Shown here: positions 25,375-38,899 of the stretch, in pieces
How positions within the stretch are numbered: the first letter of the stretch is position 1
Layout: every line of letters starts with the position of its first letter
Source: Lama glama
Taxonomy: Eukaryota
DNA length: 64,000 nt
Assembly (NCBI GenBank): GCA_028534125.1
Contig: CM052817.1
Coordinates: 15,316,001 to 15,380,000 of the forward strand
Direction of reading: 5' to 3'
Translations under genes and position numbers: made by a program
The notes under the pieces: generated by a model
Seen by the model: only the letters and a program-made list of their open reading frames with translations
Databases searched by the model: none
What the model was told of the DNA's origin: nothing

Positions 25375-25968
25375 TGATGGGCTGCATTCTAAGTTGGTCC
25401 CCAAGATTTCTGTCTCCTGCATGCCCTAGAAAATTTGGGAAAGAAAAGGGTCATCACTCCTGTGATCAGGAAAAAGTGAAGGGATTTTGCAGATGCAGTG
25501 AAGGTCTCTGATCAGTTTACCTTGAGTTAGTCAAAGGGGAGACTCTCCTGGATGGAGCTGACCTAATATGGTGCATCCTTTAAAGACCTCAGAGAGACCT
25601 GACACAGAAGCAGACACTCTTCTTTCATCCTTGGAAAACTAAATCTGCAATGTTGTAGACATGATTACAGGACAAGGAATGGTGGCCAGCTTTCAGAGAT
25701 AAGAACAGCCCCTGGGTGACAGCCAGCAAGGAAATGGGGATCTTAGTCCTCCACCTGAAAACTTTCAGCAACTAAAAGCTTGGAAGAGGACCCTGAGCTG
25801 CAGATGAGATCACAGCCCCAGTCTGCTCCTGGATTTCAACCTGATGAGACTCTGAACAAAGCCCCCAGATACCTGGAATCCTCACTCATGGCTACTATGA
25901 GATAACAATTAGTTTTGTTTTAAGCTAAATTTATGGTAATTTGTTATGTGCAAGATAAAATAAATACA
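25375..25968 (+). mobile_element. MaLR LTR (MLT1E-like)
   Basis: 'gattttgcagatgcagtgaaggtc..atcagtttaccttgagtta', 'gacagccagcaaggaaatggggatcttagtcct', end 'ggtaatttgttatg..aataaataca'. Confidence 0.85.
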
Positions 25969-27922
25969 CCAATCTAGTCTTTCCACTTTTAGATATAGGC
26001 AGAGTTATGACTTACAGAGATGATCCGTTTATGGTTTTCTTCGCCAGGTTGTAAATGTTGGTAAAAGAGAGAAGTGAGGCTCCTTGACTTGAAGAAAGCC
26101 ATTTTCTCTTCCTCTAGGCTCACAGAAAATGCAGACCCCTTCAGTGTCATGTGAATATAAAGCAAAGAGGAAGATTTTATCTATAAGTGATGATCTCTTC
26201 AAAAGTGAATGTTCAGCTGGAGTCAGAGGATTAGATTATATGACCTCTTGAGGGAATTTCTTGCCCCCATAATGTTGTGGCTCAGAATAATGTCATCTTT
26301 TCTTGCCCCTAAAAGTGCTGAAAGGCACTCAAAATTATAAGTCAAAGTGCATGACTGATGGGCTTGTTAATGTTGAAAAGAAAATGGCTTGTTCTCTATT
26401 ATAACACAAACAAAAGGAGCATAACTTCCACCAAGGAAAACAAAGACTAGAGGAAAACTGTCTACTGATAAAATAAATGGCATAATGAAGCCAGTAAAAG
26501 TCCCAGCTGGTTACTAACACAGATACAGACTAGCCACATCTCCATGTGGCAGAATGGATGCAGAGCTTTCTCTGACAGAACAATGACAAGAGATTTCAGT
26601 GAATATGCATTGATTTAGCAGGGTCTCGGACAAATCCATCTTTACTGAGTGGCATATACAAGTTCCCTGTCATTAAGTACAAATCAAAGCATTTAAAATG
26701 CATGCAAGAAAAAATTTTCAATCCTACAAGGCTTAGTACCATGCAGAGAGCACCACAGGGCATCAAAGTTTTATTGCGTTATTCCTGTACCACTTGCCTG
26801 GATCCATCTGACTCTCTACTCCCTAATTTGCACCTGATTCTTCTAACTTCTGACCTTTTTATGTGTTCACCCTGGCACTTTTGTAGTTATAGCCTTTGCT
26901 TCCTTTCTTGAATATGATTTATATTTTTCCCTGAATATAGTCTCTTTATCCCATAATGTATAATGCTAATTTTTCAGGTGGCCATTTTCTCCATTAAGAA
27001 TGTTTCCATTGAGTTCATCTTAGCTCCTGAAACAAGACTGAGGCAAAACTTGGGCATTGTCATACCCCATGCAAATACCCCTTTCATTCTCACATAATTA
27101 TTCCATTGCTTTGAAAATTCTCTGGGTTGTCTTTATGGAGAATGAGGACTTTGAACTAGGACTAGTGGAAGGAGCCATTCATTCATTCAACAAATTTTAA
27201 TTAAGCAACTGCTGCACTTTGGCAAAATTTTAGGATCCTAGAATATGTTGGTGAACAAAAAAAGATCACTGACAAATTATTAAGATGTAATATTGATAGG
27301 TATAATGATACCATAAAATGATACTATTGGTAGCAAACAATGGAAGAGTGAAATCCATATAAGAACTTAAGAACAGAATTGAGTTCTTATTAAGTATAAA
27401 TGCTCAGACTAGAAACTATATCTACATTATCTATCTCTTTGCATCTTTCCAAAAACCACTTGAAGTAGGTGTTACTATCCCCAAAGCCACCCACACATTG
27501 TATGGTGAAATTTGAATTTGAACCCATAAATAAGGTGTTCATTATAGTGGGTTTCCCTGAAACTATGAATAAACAGCATAAAACAAGTTAGAGAGCATAA
27601 AATTTCAAGACAAAAAGAACTGAATTAAAAATTTTTCTCTGCCAGTTACTGGGAATGTGATTTTTGTGGCTTCTCAGATAAAGCCCCCTTGCTAACCATC
27701 ATCTTCCATAGCCTAAATAACATGCATTTGAGACAGCAGTGCTAGCCTCTCCCATCAATGTGTATTTGGAGTTAGTGTAAACTTGAAAGAGCCTAAACAC
27801 ATAGCAGCCACCTAGAGGAAACACAGAACCTTAACGAACTTCTGCTCATTCATCTCAGCTCTAAAATAAGGGGTTTATCCTCACTCTATCCCTTCCAACA
27901 CATCAATCCATATTTTCTATTT

Positions 27923-28106
27923 CAAGGATTCCCAAATTTGTAGCATGAAAATCACCTGGAGACCTTATTAAAACATAGATGGCTAGGCCCCACCCTCAGA
28001 ATTTCTGATTCAGTCTGTCTTGGGTGGGACCTGAGACTTACATTTCTAATAAGTTCTCACATAATGCCACTGTTTCTGGCCTGTTGATCATACTTTGAGA
28101 ACCACT
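27923..28106 (+). mobile_element. MER5A (hAT-Charlie)
   Basis: 'aatcacctggagaccttattaaaacatagat..gctaggccccaccctcagaatttctgattcag...atttctaataagttc...actttgagaaccact'. Confidence 0.9.
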
Positions 28107-28178
28107 ATCTAATGCATTTACTTTCTCTTCTCACCTCATTTCCTTCTATATAACTTTTAACCCCTAATTAGATATATG

Positions 28179-29235
28179 CAAGCAATCTTTCTTCTGATGG
28201 TTCTAATATGCATGAACTTCAGTTACCATGGTTTAGCTAAAAATTACCAGTCCCCCACAACATGGCATAAATTTCAGTTACTATGGGATATTAACTGTGA
28301 GTAATTGCATGAAGTATGAAATTCTATGGCTAGTTCTTCAATCTATATATCACTGAGTGAATAACAGATGTGCAAAATGACCAAAGATAAATCACATCAA
28401 TTCTCTGAAAGTCTGTTGGTGGTTGTTACCATGGACACTGTTAGTTTACCGGCAGACAGCAAAGAATGTGGCTATTTTGCCTCCTTGTCCCCCAGTAATA
28501 AAGCAACATGGCATTTTACAAAAATGGATACTCAAAAGAGAGAATGGCTAACAAAGATAAAAGTACAGCAAAGAAACTAAGTGATAACGTTGGGAGTGAA
28601 ATAGCAATCAAAAGTAAATGGAGTTAAAGAAGAAATTGCTGACTGTGGAAGACAGACACTGTCACTGTTTGAAGGACTCTAGATAAGAAGCCAGAGGAAA
28701 TTAGTGAAGACGAATGTATTAACATACATGAAGAAAATGGTTATAATGAGAAAGTTGAACATATCCCAGTAGAAGCAACGCCAGGAAAAAACTTCACGTT
28801 AAAGGACCTCTCAAAGATATTTCATGACATTGAAAGTGTAAAAGGTAAAATTCTGGAAGGTGATCCAAACTTAGAAAGGTATGTGGCTATTTGCCAAGGC
28901 AGAGAAAATATGTTCACTTCATATCTTAAGCTATAGGACAAGAGGGAAAATGCTATTCAAGCTATCCTTAATATAAAGAAATAAAATACTTTAATTCTCA
29001 GTCTTTCCAAAAATTTAAAGTGTACTAAATAAGCACTAGTTTTACTGTAGTTTTTCTTTTTTATTTCTCTATGCATCTACAATAGACAGTAGAAAATTTT
29101 TAACGTTTTGACAACAGATTTTTAAAGGTTACAGACATTCATAATTTTCCATTGATTATTAAGTTTCCCTTGCAGGGTTTTGACCTGCATGGCATTTTTA
29201 TGGTCCTTCGCTGCTTACAAATTGAGTATTGTCTA
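28179..29235 (+). mobile_element. Tigger6a-like TcMar-Tigger DNA transposon (internally deleted)
   Basis: Degenerate TIRs caagcaatc.. / ..gagtattgtcta+TA; repeated 'ttcagttac(c/t)atgg'. Transposase start-like MDTQKRE and acidic C-terminal remnant ..NFTLKDLSKIFHDIE..ILEGDPNLER. Confidence 0.8.
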
Positions 29236-29539
29236 TACTGTTTCTCTCTTCCTAAGTATATAAAGCTCCTCCACCCCGACTTTGGTTATAGTGGACCAAC
29301 TGGTAGTTATATTTGCATATTTGCCAGAGTTCCCAGTCTTTACCTCTTAGTCATCCTCCCCAGGAATTGTGCTACCTGGTTGGAATTTACTGCTGTGGTC
29401 TAACCAATGACCTGATATTGGTGACCTGCAATAACGCATTTCTTACCCGGCTTCAATTCTTGCACACGCACTTGATAGGAAGTACGCAGTCTGGAGAGCA
29501 CACTCCCCACTATGCCATTACTATACTTTCATCACTTGC

Positions 29540-29945
29540 TATGTTATTTGCCTAGAGTTGTTGTAACAAAAATACCACAAACTGGGTGGACTAAAACAAC
29601 AAACAATAGAAATTTATTATCTCACAGTTCTTGAAGGTTAGAAGTCCGAAAATCAAGATGTTAGCAGTACCATGCTCCCTCTGAAAGCTGTAAGGGAATC
29701 TTTTCTTTGGTCTTTCTAGCTTCTGGTGGTTTACTGGCAATTTTTGACATTTCTTGGCTTGCCACTTTGTAACTCCGACCTCTGGCTTTTGTCATCACAG
29801 GGAGATCTGTTTGTCCCTGTCTTCCCTTGGCTGTCTTCTTATAAAGACACGAGTCATATTGGATTAGAGGCCCATCCTACTCCAGAATGAACTTATTTTA
29901 ACTAATAATCTGCACTGACCCTATTTCCAAATAAGGTTCCATAAC
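29540..29945 (-). mobile_element. MaLR LTR (MLT1C-like)
   Basis: 'taacaaaaataccacaaactgggtgg..aaaacaac', 'atgctccctctgaaagct', 'cttcttataaagacacgagtcatattggattagaggccca', 'accctatttccaaataaggt'. Confidence 0.9.
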
Positions 29946-30984
29946 ATTTATTTATAGTGTCAATGCACCTTATGAATCAGCCATAGTTCAAGTATTTAGT
30001 CCATGAGACCTATCCTCTCTCACCCTCCATTGCTTCAACAGTGTATTTGGGATACTAATTCCCAGTCACAAAGTATTTATAAGGATTAATAAACATATTT
30101 GTAATGCATGTAATGCCATACGTCAAAAGTTCATGGCTCCTTAAATGTTAGTTCCTTCTGAACAACTCCCCACCCAAACATTTATAAATTTAATCACTCA
30201 TTGAACACTTGATGTTTATGCCTTATATTACTGATAAATGCCACTGTCTGTGTTGGGTCATCTAACAAAATTGCAAAAATCACCAAAGTAATTATGTGTT
30301 ATTATACGATTTTGCATCTCCAAAGAACCAGGGACATGGCTGCAGACAACAGAGAATTTTTAAAAAGCCCTATTGGATATTCTATCACTGAATAAAGTTA
30401 ATTACATATGAATGCATATTATGATCCTAGTTGCTGAATAATTAGGTTAAAATAAAAATCAGATTTCATAACTGAACTTTGAAAAAAGAAGTAAAAACCA
30501 GCAGAACCATTGTATATATAACTGTTTTCCTTTTTCTCACAGGATAATGTGGGAATATAATTATTAAACAAAACTAGTAAGTTTTTTTTTCTCCAAAAGT
30601 CTTTTTGTTCAGGTGAAAGTAAACATATTACTACAGCTTTGAAGGGAGACGGATACCTTACAATTGAATGATTTTGCTTGGAAGTATGAGAGTTTCTGAT
30701 GTTAGATCTTTCTGGTTATCAGCTTTTGAAGACCACAGATTTTCTCATAAAGAGGAGTTGTAGGGTTATTTACTGAGAAGTCTTTAAAGTCTAATGATAG
30801 AATATCAAGGAAATATATAGAAAATATTAATGAAGCTAGAAAAAATAACTCAAAATAGCTTTGAGTATCTATGAGCAATCAATATACAAAAAGAGTGTCA
30901 CTTACCTTTACCAAGGAAAAGAATAATTTTTGTAAGAAACAGCACTGGTGAAATTTTTTAGCTTCATGAAAAATATTAGAGGAA

Positions 30985-31085
30985 GACCGTGCCTTTACAC
31001 CATATGGAAAAATAAATCCAGATAGATTTAAGATTTCAATGAAAATGTAAAATAGTAAAACTATTAGAAAAATTTAAGATCTTTG
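30985..31085 (+). mobile_element. Old L1 ORF2 3' fragment (left part of a split element)
   Basis: 'cctttacaccatatggaaaaataaatccagatagatttaagattt..aaaactattagaaaa' is the LTPYxKINSxWIKDL..KLLE region. Confidence 0.65.
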
Positions 31086-31109
31086 TTTAAGCCAATTTTA
31101 AATGTAAAT

Positions 31110-32698
31110 AAATGTAGTAAGGGTGGAGAAAGATGTATCATACAAACATTAACCAAAAGAATGATAGAAGGATTAATATCTCATAAGTTAGACTTTAGAA
31201 CAGGAAGTATTATCTTGGATAAATAGAAACATTATACAATGATAACACAACCAATTCTCCAAGAACAATAACAATTTTAATATGTATGTATTTATCAGCA
31301 GAGTGTTAAAGTACATGACAAAAAACTCATAGAATTAAAAGAAAAATAGACAAATCCAAAAAGAGAAAATAAAAGATATAGAAGAACTGAATACCCTGTA
31401 ACCAGTAGTCCCATTTGATCTTAATAGATTTCACTCAACAAAATCAGAAAACACTTAATTTTCAAAGGTACACAGAACATTCAGCAAGACAGGCCATATT
31501 TTGAGCTGTTAAACAAATCTTGACAAATTTAAAGATTAGAAATCATACAAAGTATGTTTATTGGCCATAACAGAAAAATAGCTGGAAAATCTCCAAATAC
31601 TTGGAAATTAAACAACATACGTCTGAATAAACTATGATTCAAACAGGAAGTTTCAAGGGAAATTTAAAAATATTTTGGACTATAAAAATAAAAATATCAT
31701 ATATCCAAATGTGTGGGATGCATCAACAACATTTACTGTTAAATTTGTAGTCCAAATGCTTCGAATAGAAAAAGGGTCAAATAATCTTAATGAGAAAAAG
31801 AACAAACTAAATCTATAGCAGGTACATAATAAAAATAATAATATAAATAACAAATAAAATTAAAAATAGAAAAACATTAGATAAAATCAAGGAACAATTG
31901 ATAAAATTAATAAATCTCTAGCCAGACTTAGTAAAAAAGTGAGAAGACATAATTTACCATTTCAGTATCAAAAGAAATGCTATAACTATAGACCCCAGTG
32001 ACATTAGTAGAATTAAAGAAACAAAATGAACAACTTACAATATAGACCTCACAGATATTAACAGGATTAAAAGGACAATATAAACAACTATTCCTACAAA
32101 TTTGCAACTTATAGGAAATGCACCGATTCTTTGAAAAACACGAACTACCAATACTCACTCAAAAAAAAAAAAAGGTAATGAATTAATCACATATCAATTA
32201 AAGAAATTGAATTTATAGTTAAAACTTTTCCAAAAAGGAAAATCCAGCCCCAGAAGTGTTCTCTTGTGAATTCTACCAAACATTCATGGAAAAAAAATAC
32301 TAAGTCTACAAAATATGTACTAGAAACTATGAGGAAACACATCTCAGCTCATTTTATAAGGCCAGGTGAGTATTTCTATTACCAAAACCAGATAAAAACA
32401 TTACAAGAAAAGAAAAATAAAAAACAATAGCACTTGTAAATATAGACATAAAGACCCTCAAGAAAAGTATTAACCAACTGAATCTAGCAGTGTATATAAA
32501 AAAGTTAATATATCTTAAATAAGTGGGGTTTATCACAAGAATTCTGGTTTAGGGTTCAAAAATTAATTGATGTAACTCATCAAGGTAACTAATGAATCAA
32601 GAGAAATCATGTAATAATCTCAAATAATGCAGAAAACCATTTGACAAAATCCAGAAGCCATTCCTGATTTTAAAAACTCCCAGCACACTTGGAAGAAA
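31110..32698 (+). mobile_element. Degraded L1 ORF2 (endonuclease to early RT)
   Basis: 'cacagaacattcagcaagacaggccatatttt', 'tacttggaaattaaacaacatac', 'gtgaattctaccaaacatt', 'atctcaaataatgcagaaaaccatttgacaaaatcca'. Confidence 0.9.
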
Positions 32699-32699
32699 A

Positions 32700-35600
32700 G
32701 GAGCTAGACACAATGAGGAAAGAATCAGCGAGCTTGAAGAAATATCAATGCAACTTCCAAAACCAGAAGGCAAGGAGAAAAAAAGTGTAAAAGATGGAAC
32801 AGGATATTCAAGAACTGAGTGACAATTATAAAATGTTTAACATACATGCAATGGGAATACCAAAAAGAGAAGATAGAAAAGAACAGAAGAAATATTTAAA
32901 CTAATAGTAATAGATAATTTTCCAAAATTAATAACTGAAACCAAACCACATATCCAGGAAGCTCAGACAACACCAAGCAGGACAAATACCACAAAAATTA
33001 CACCTAAATATGTCATATTAAAACTGAAAAAAAAAATACAAACACAAAGAAGAAATCTTGAAAAATGCCAGAGAAAAAAGCCACTCTATCTAGTAAAGAG
33101 CAAGGATAAAAATTAAGACATCTCCTTAGAAACCCAGCTAGAAGAGAGTAGTGAAATACTTAAAATGTTAAAAAAAACCAAACAAGCACCAAATTACAAT
33201 TCTTTTACCATTGAAATTATCCTTCAAAAAGAGAAATAAAAACTTTCTTAGATAAATAAAAGTTGTGAGACTCTGTCACCAGCAGACCTGTTTTGCAAAA
33301 AATGCTAAAATAAGTTCTTCAGAGAGAAGAAAAATTATATAGTTTAGAAAATCAATTTTACATTTACATTTAAAAAGAAACAATATTAGATATGAATTAA
33401 AATAAAGGTAAAAGAAAATGCTTTTTATTCTTAGGTTGATCTAATAGATAAGTTTTTTCATAACAATGGAAATAATCTATTCAATGATTACAGTTTATGG
33501 AAAGGTAAAATGAATAACAGCAATGTTAAAAGGGACAGGAGGGAAAAATTGGGCATATTCTGTTCTAAAGTATTTGCACTGCTTGTTAAGTGGTTTAGTG
33601 CTGTTTAAAAGTAAACTTGAAGTTGTAAATGTGTATTTCAAATCCAAAGAGGGTTATTGAAATAAAAATAAAAAACATTGATAGGCTAAGAGAAGAAAAC
33701 TGAATCATATAAAATGCTTGTTTAATACCAAAGAGGGCTGAAAAAGAGTGGATGACCATGAAAGGAAGGAAGGAAGGAAGGAAGAAAAGGAAGTTAAGCA
33801 GGAAGGAAGAAAGGAAGGAAGGAAGGAAAAGAAAAGAAATGACAAAAGGCAAAGAGTAGAAAACAGTAAAAATATGCAGTACATATTAATCCAGCTAGAT
33901 CAACGGTCACTTTAAACATCAATGGTCTAAATATATCAATTAAAAGACAGAGACTTTCATACTGAATAAAGAAAAATGACCCAACTATGTGTTGTCTGCA
34001 AGAAATCCACTTTAAATATAAAACCCCAGATAGGTTAAAAGTAAAGAAATGAAGAAAAATATATCATGTCAACACCAGGTAAAAGAAAGCTGGCATAGTT
34101 ATATTAATTTCAGCCAAAACTGACTTCAGAACATGACAAATTTCCAAGGATAAATAAGGGCATTACATAATGATAAAAGATTTAATTCTCCAAGAAGACA
34201 TAACCATTCTTAACATGTATGTACCTAACAAAAGATCACCAAAATATGTGAGGCAAAAACTGATAGAAATGCAAGGAGAAAGACAAATCCACTCTTGTAG
34301 TTGGAGTCTTCAACATCCCTCTTACAGTAATTGATAGATACAGCAGGCAGAAAATCAGTAAGGACATAGTTGAACTGAACAGCACCATCAATCAACTAGA
34401 TCTAATTGACATTTATAGAAAACTTCATCCAACAACAGCAGAATGCACATTCTTCTCAAGCTCACATGGAATATTCACCAAGATAGACAATGGTCTGGGC
34501 CATGAAACACACCTTAACAAATTTAAAATAATGGGAAATTAGGCAAAGTATGCTCTGAGAAAACAATTGAATTAAACAAGATCAATGACAGAAACACAGC
34601 TGTAAACCACGCAAATACTTGGAGAGTAAACAATACACTTTTAAATGACACACAAGTCAAACAAGAAGCCTCAAGAAAAATTTAAAAATATTTTGAACTA
34701 AATAAAAATGAAAATATACCTTATCAAGATTTGTGGGATTGTAGCAAAAGCAGTGTTTAGAAGAGAATATATAGATTTGAATGCATATATTAGAATCAAA
34801 GAAAGATCCAAAATTAATTATGTAAGCTTCCACCTTAGGAAACTAGGGGGGAAAAAAAGAGCAAATTAAGTCCACAGTAAGCAGAAAAAAGTAAGTAATA
34901 AAAATTAGCAGAAATCAATAAAATCGAAAATAGGAAATCAGGGGAGGAAAATCAGCGAAACCAAAAGCTAGTTCTTTGGAAAGATAGTGTAAGTATTAAA
35001 CTTCTAGCCATGTTAACTAAGAAAAAAGAGAGATGGCACAAATGACTAATATCAGAAATAAAGCATGGGTCATCACAGCTGATCTTATGGACATTATAAT
35101 AAGAATAAAGGAATATTATGAACAACTCTACCCAAAAAATTGATAACTTAGATGAAATGGACCAATTCCTTGAAAGAAAAGAAATCTACCAAAACTCACA
35201 CAAGAAAAAAGATCATGTGAATAGGCCTGTATCTATTAAAGATACTGGATCAATAATTAAAAACTTTCCAAAACAGAAAACACCAGACCACATAAGTTCA
35301 CTAATGAATTCAATCAAGCAGTCAAGCATTTCTAGAAAGAAATTATACCAGTTCTCTGCAACTTCTTCCAGGAAATAGAAGCAGATGTTTACTTCCTAAC
35401 TCACTCTATGAGATGAGCATTATCCTAATGCTCAAACCAGACAAAGACACAAGAAGAAAGGGAAACTACAGACCAATATTTCTCATGAACATAGATTGAA
35501 AAATATTCATGAAGTATTATCAAATCAACTCCAACAAGGTATAAAAAGAATTATACATTACAACCAAGTGGGATTTATACTCAATACAGAAAGCTGGTTC

Positions 35601-36262
35601 AACATTTGAAAAATCAGTGAATGTAAACCATCACAAATAAGCATTTGACAAGATCAAAACCTATTCCAGATAAAAATGCCCAACAAGCTAAGAATAGAGG
35701 AGAACTTCAACTTGAGAAAAGAAACTTACAAAAAACCCACAGCTAACATCATACTTAATGGTGAGAAAATGAATGCTATCCTCCTAAAAGCAGGAACGAG
35801 TATATTATCTTTCACCACTCCTATTCAGTGATGTAATGGAAGCCCTAGCTAATAAGACGACAAAAGATATACAGATGGAGAAAGGAGAAATAAAACTGTC
35901 TTTGTTCACAGACAGCATGATTTTCTATGTAAAAAATTCTCAAGAATAAACAATAACAATAAACCCCTGGAATGAAAAGCAATTGCAATAAGATTGTAGG
36001 ATGCAATGTAAAAATAGAGGAGTCAGCTACTTTCTTATATACCAGCAATGAATAATTGAAATTAGCAATTAAATGCACAATTTAATTTACATTAGCACTA
36101 GTAAAATAAATACTTAGGTATAAACCTAACAAAATAGGTGCAAAATTTTTGTAAGGAAAATCACAAATTTGCAATGAAAGAAATCAAAGGTGATCTAGAT
36201 AAATGGAAAAATATTCTATGTACATGGATATAGAAACAATCGATATTTTCAAGATATCAACT
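32700..36262 (+). mobile_element. L1 (L1MC/MD-age): ORF1 3' part, inter-ORF spacer and ORF2 through RT, degraded
   Basis: ORF1 'gaggaaagaatcagcgagcttgaaga' (EERISELE), 'atccaggaagctcagacaacaccaagcagg'. ORF2 'gacccaactatgtgttgtctgcaagaa' (DPTMCCLQE), 'gtagttggagtcttcaac', 'ttgttcacagacagcatga'. Confidence 0.95.
33760..33838. repeat. (GGAA)n purine-rich microsatellite inside L1
   Basis: Repeated gaaggaag units. Confidence 0.9.
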
Positions 36263-36445
36263 CTGTAGGCACATAATTGTTCATAATCCTCAGTCATCCT
36301 TGTGTTGCACATGGAATCAGTAGTGATGGAACAACTTTCATTTCTGATGTTAGTGATTAGTGTATTCTCTCTTTTTTCTTAGTTAACCTGGTTAGAGGTT
36401 TATCAATTTGGTTGATATCTTGGGGTAAAAGAACCATTTGGGGCT
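36263..36445 (-). mobile_element. Inverted L1 ORF2 fragment
   Basis: 'cataattgttcataatcc..tttcatttctgatgttagtgatt..ctctcttttttcttagttaacctggttagaggtttatcaatt' is the reverse counterpart of the 34960-35130 region. Confidence 0.85.
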
Positions 36446-36464
36446 TCCTGTGTTACTGAAAAAA

Positions 36465-37092
36465 TAGGCAAAAAACAAGAATATAAGTTATTATACTGTC
36501 TGGAGTGATAGTTAATGATGACCAAGGGAAACTGGGTTACTGATAAACTACAGAGTAAAAGAGAGCTGTGTCTGAAACCCAGTGTTCTTTGGTATACCTC
36601 TTAATATTCCCATTTCCAATTCAAAGATTAATGTAAAAGTACAGTTAAGAAAAAAAAAAAGATGATTGAGGCCTTAGCCTTTTCAGGAACGAAAATCTTT
36701 GTCATCCCACCACATAAAGTATCCTGAGGAACTGTGGTTCTAGCCGAGGGCAATAGAAATGTGGAATTAAGACTAGAAGGAGGATGCCATAGATGTTCCT
36801 AGGGCTTTAAGAACAAGTATTTCAAAAAGGAATTGTAAGTAAATATGCACATTTTCTCTTTGCTTGTTATATTTGTTTATTTGAATATAATAACCAGTTT
36901 CTTCTCTTCTTTCTTCTTCCCATTTTCATTTTGTATACAAATTATTCGAATTTAAACTCACAGTTTAGTTTTGATTTATTCAGTAAGTATATAAATGTAT
37001 TTCAGGAGTAATTAATATAAGCATGGATACAATTGTTGTAATGGCGTGTTTTCTTATTTTGCAGAAAAATTAGGAAGTTCTTCACTTGTAAC
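36465..37092 (+). mobile_element. ERV-L internal fragment (dUTPase/pol 3' end and 3' leader), no LTR
   Basis: Translates in pieces to ILSGVIVNDDQGKLG (dUTPase motif-3-like GVIDxDYxG), SGTKIFVIPPHK and VVLAEGNRNVE, matching recalled ERV-L ..SGMKVWVTPPGK..EVLAEGKGNTE. Confidence 0.8.
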
Positions 37093-37109
37093 TTATGGGG
37101 TGGAGGAGC

Positions 37110-38895
37110 AACTAGAAACGGCCAGCATAAAAGAACTGTGGGGATGATGCACCTGTTCTTTGTGGAGGCAAGGTGTCATACACCTGTATGCATTTGTCAA
37201 AATGAAGACAACTGTACCAAATGAGAATAAACTGTACCCTATTTAAATTTTTAAATAATCAACCAGGATGTGGAGGAAAGATGGAATGTGCACAGAAAAG
37301 AAACAGCTGTAATTATTACATATGCGTCATATCATCACTCTGAAGGAGTTGGGGAAAAGAGGTTAATCTAAGAATGATGGTAATACTGCTTTGACTGGAT
37401 ACTATAGGGTTAAAGACAAAAATAATTGTACATAAACACTTTAATTCAGTTTACAGATTCGTTTTTCATAAGGATATAGGTAAGCGAGCCTGAAACTACT
37501 TTATTTTATATTAGTGTTGAACAAATGAGCAGATATAAATAATGAGGGGCATATTTCTCACAGTTGGAGGAATAAAATATGATCAAGAAAATGAAGAGGA
37601 TTATAAGGAGCTCTGTAGTGCTTGGTTCTACATAATCACTATGGACACATCAACTAAATCACTATGAACACAGAAAAAAATGCTTACGCGTGTGTATGTA
37701 TGCATAAGGTAGTATATATGCATATATTTTCTAGCTCTGTTTAGTAAAAAAGGCTAAAAGTGATGACATACCCTGCAGCACTGAGCCCACCTACTGCTCA
37801 GATTTTAGCTTCTAAATGCCATTTGCCAATTTAAAAACAAACACAAAAGCAAGACCCTTGGAAAACTGATGGATTATAGGGATGGGATAGGAAAAAAAAA
37901 AAAATACAAGACATGCCTGGTGTGTCCTGGAGGGCTTAAATATATATGGGCATGTCAAAAGGGCAGAGGAGGCAACCCAAAAAAAAGCTCTGCATGTCCA
38001 AAGTTGGAACAATTTGAACAACAAAGTAAATAATGACAGTATTGGATTCAAATCAAAAGGATAAAATAATTATCCAGGGTTCCATACCGAAATAAATGAA
38101 TAAGTGAAAGGGGGGAAAGGAACAACTCTTCCTTACAGAATAATTACCACTAAGAAATGTGGAAGGAATGAGAGAAATAGAAAGTCGACATTGGCACGCA
38201 ACAGTAGTAATTGTCACAGGCATTGTTGCCTGGTGGTTCTTAAAATTAGCAGCAGAAATAGGACATTTGCATTTATCCAGTTATCCACCTCAAAACATTA
38301 AGAGTTTACAAAATAAAAAAAATAGTAACTTTACATTAAAAACCCTGGCAGACCCCACCTTGACCAAATAAACAATGTTAATATTATTTGTAATACATAT
38401 CAACAGCACATATCCTTTGATATGAAGCACTGGGTAGAACATGTCACTTCTTTGATATTCTTCCCCAAAATACAAAACTTTAATCATGAACAAATTCCAG
38501 ACACAACCAAACTGAGGAGCACTTCACAAAAAAAAAAAAAAAGACCATATTTTAAAGGGTGCAAAGTAGGGAAAGACTTTGGAACCGTCACAGATTGGAG
38601 GAGAATAAGAATGTGACAAGTAAATACAATGTGGAATCATGGATTGAACCCTTGAATAGAAAAAAGACATTAGTTGAAAAATTGGTAAAATCCGAATAAT
38701 AGTAAAATTGGTAAAATCCAAATAGTTTAGATAATAGTATTTTACCAAGGTTAATTTCTAACCAAATTTAGTTTTGATAATTTCTCAGTGCTTATGTAAG
38801 ATGTTAGTGGCAGCTGAGAGAAGGCTATGCATCAACTCTCTGTAATATTTTTGCCACTCTTCTGTAAGTCTAAAATTGTATGTTTAAAAGAAAAA
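37110..38895 (+). mobile_element. Long L1MC3/4-like 3'UTR
   Basis: 'aaaccctggcagaccccaccttgaccaa', 'ttcttccccaaaatacaaaactttaatcatga', end 'tatgcatcaactctctgtaatatttttgccactcttctgtaagtctaaaatt'. Confidence 0.85.
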
Positions 38896-38899
38896 CAAC

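Noticed and set aside
24877..25968. Paired LTRs of a provirus
   Set aside because: The two LTRs are different MLT1 subfamilies about 20 bp apart with no internal sequence.
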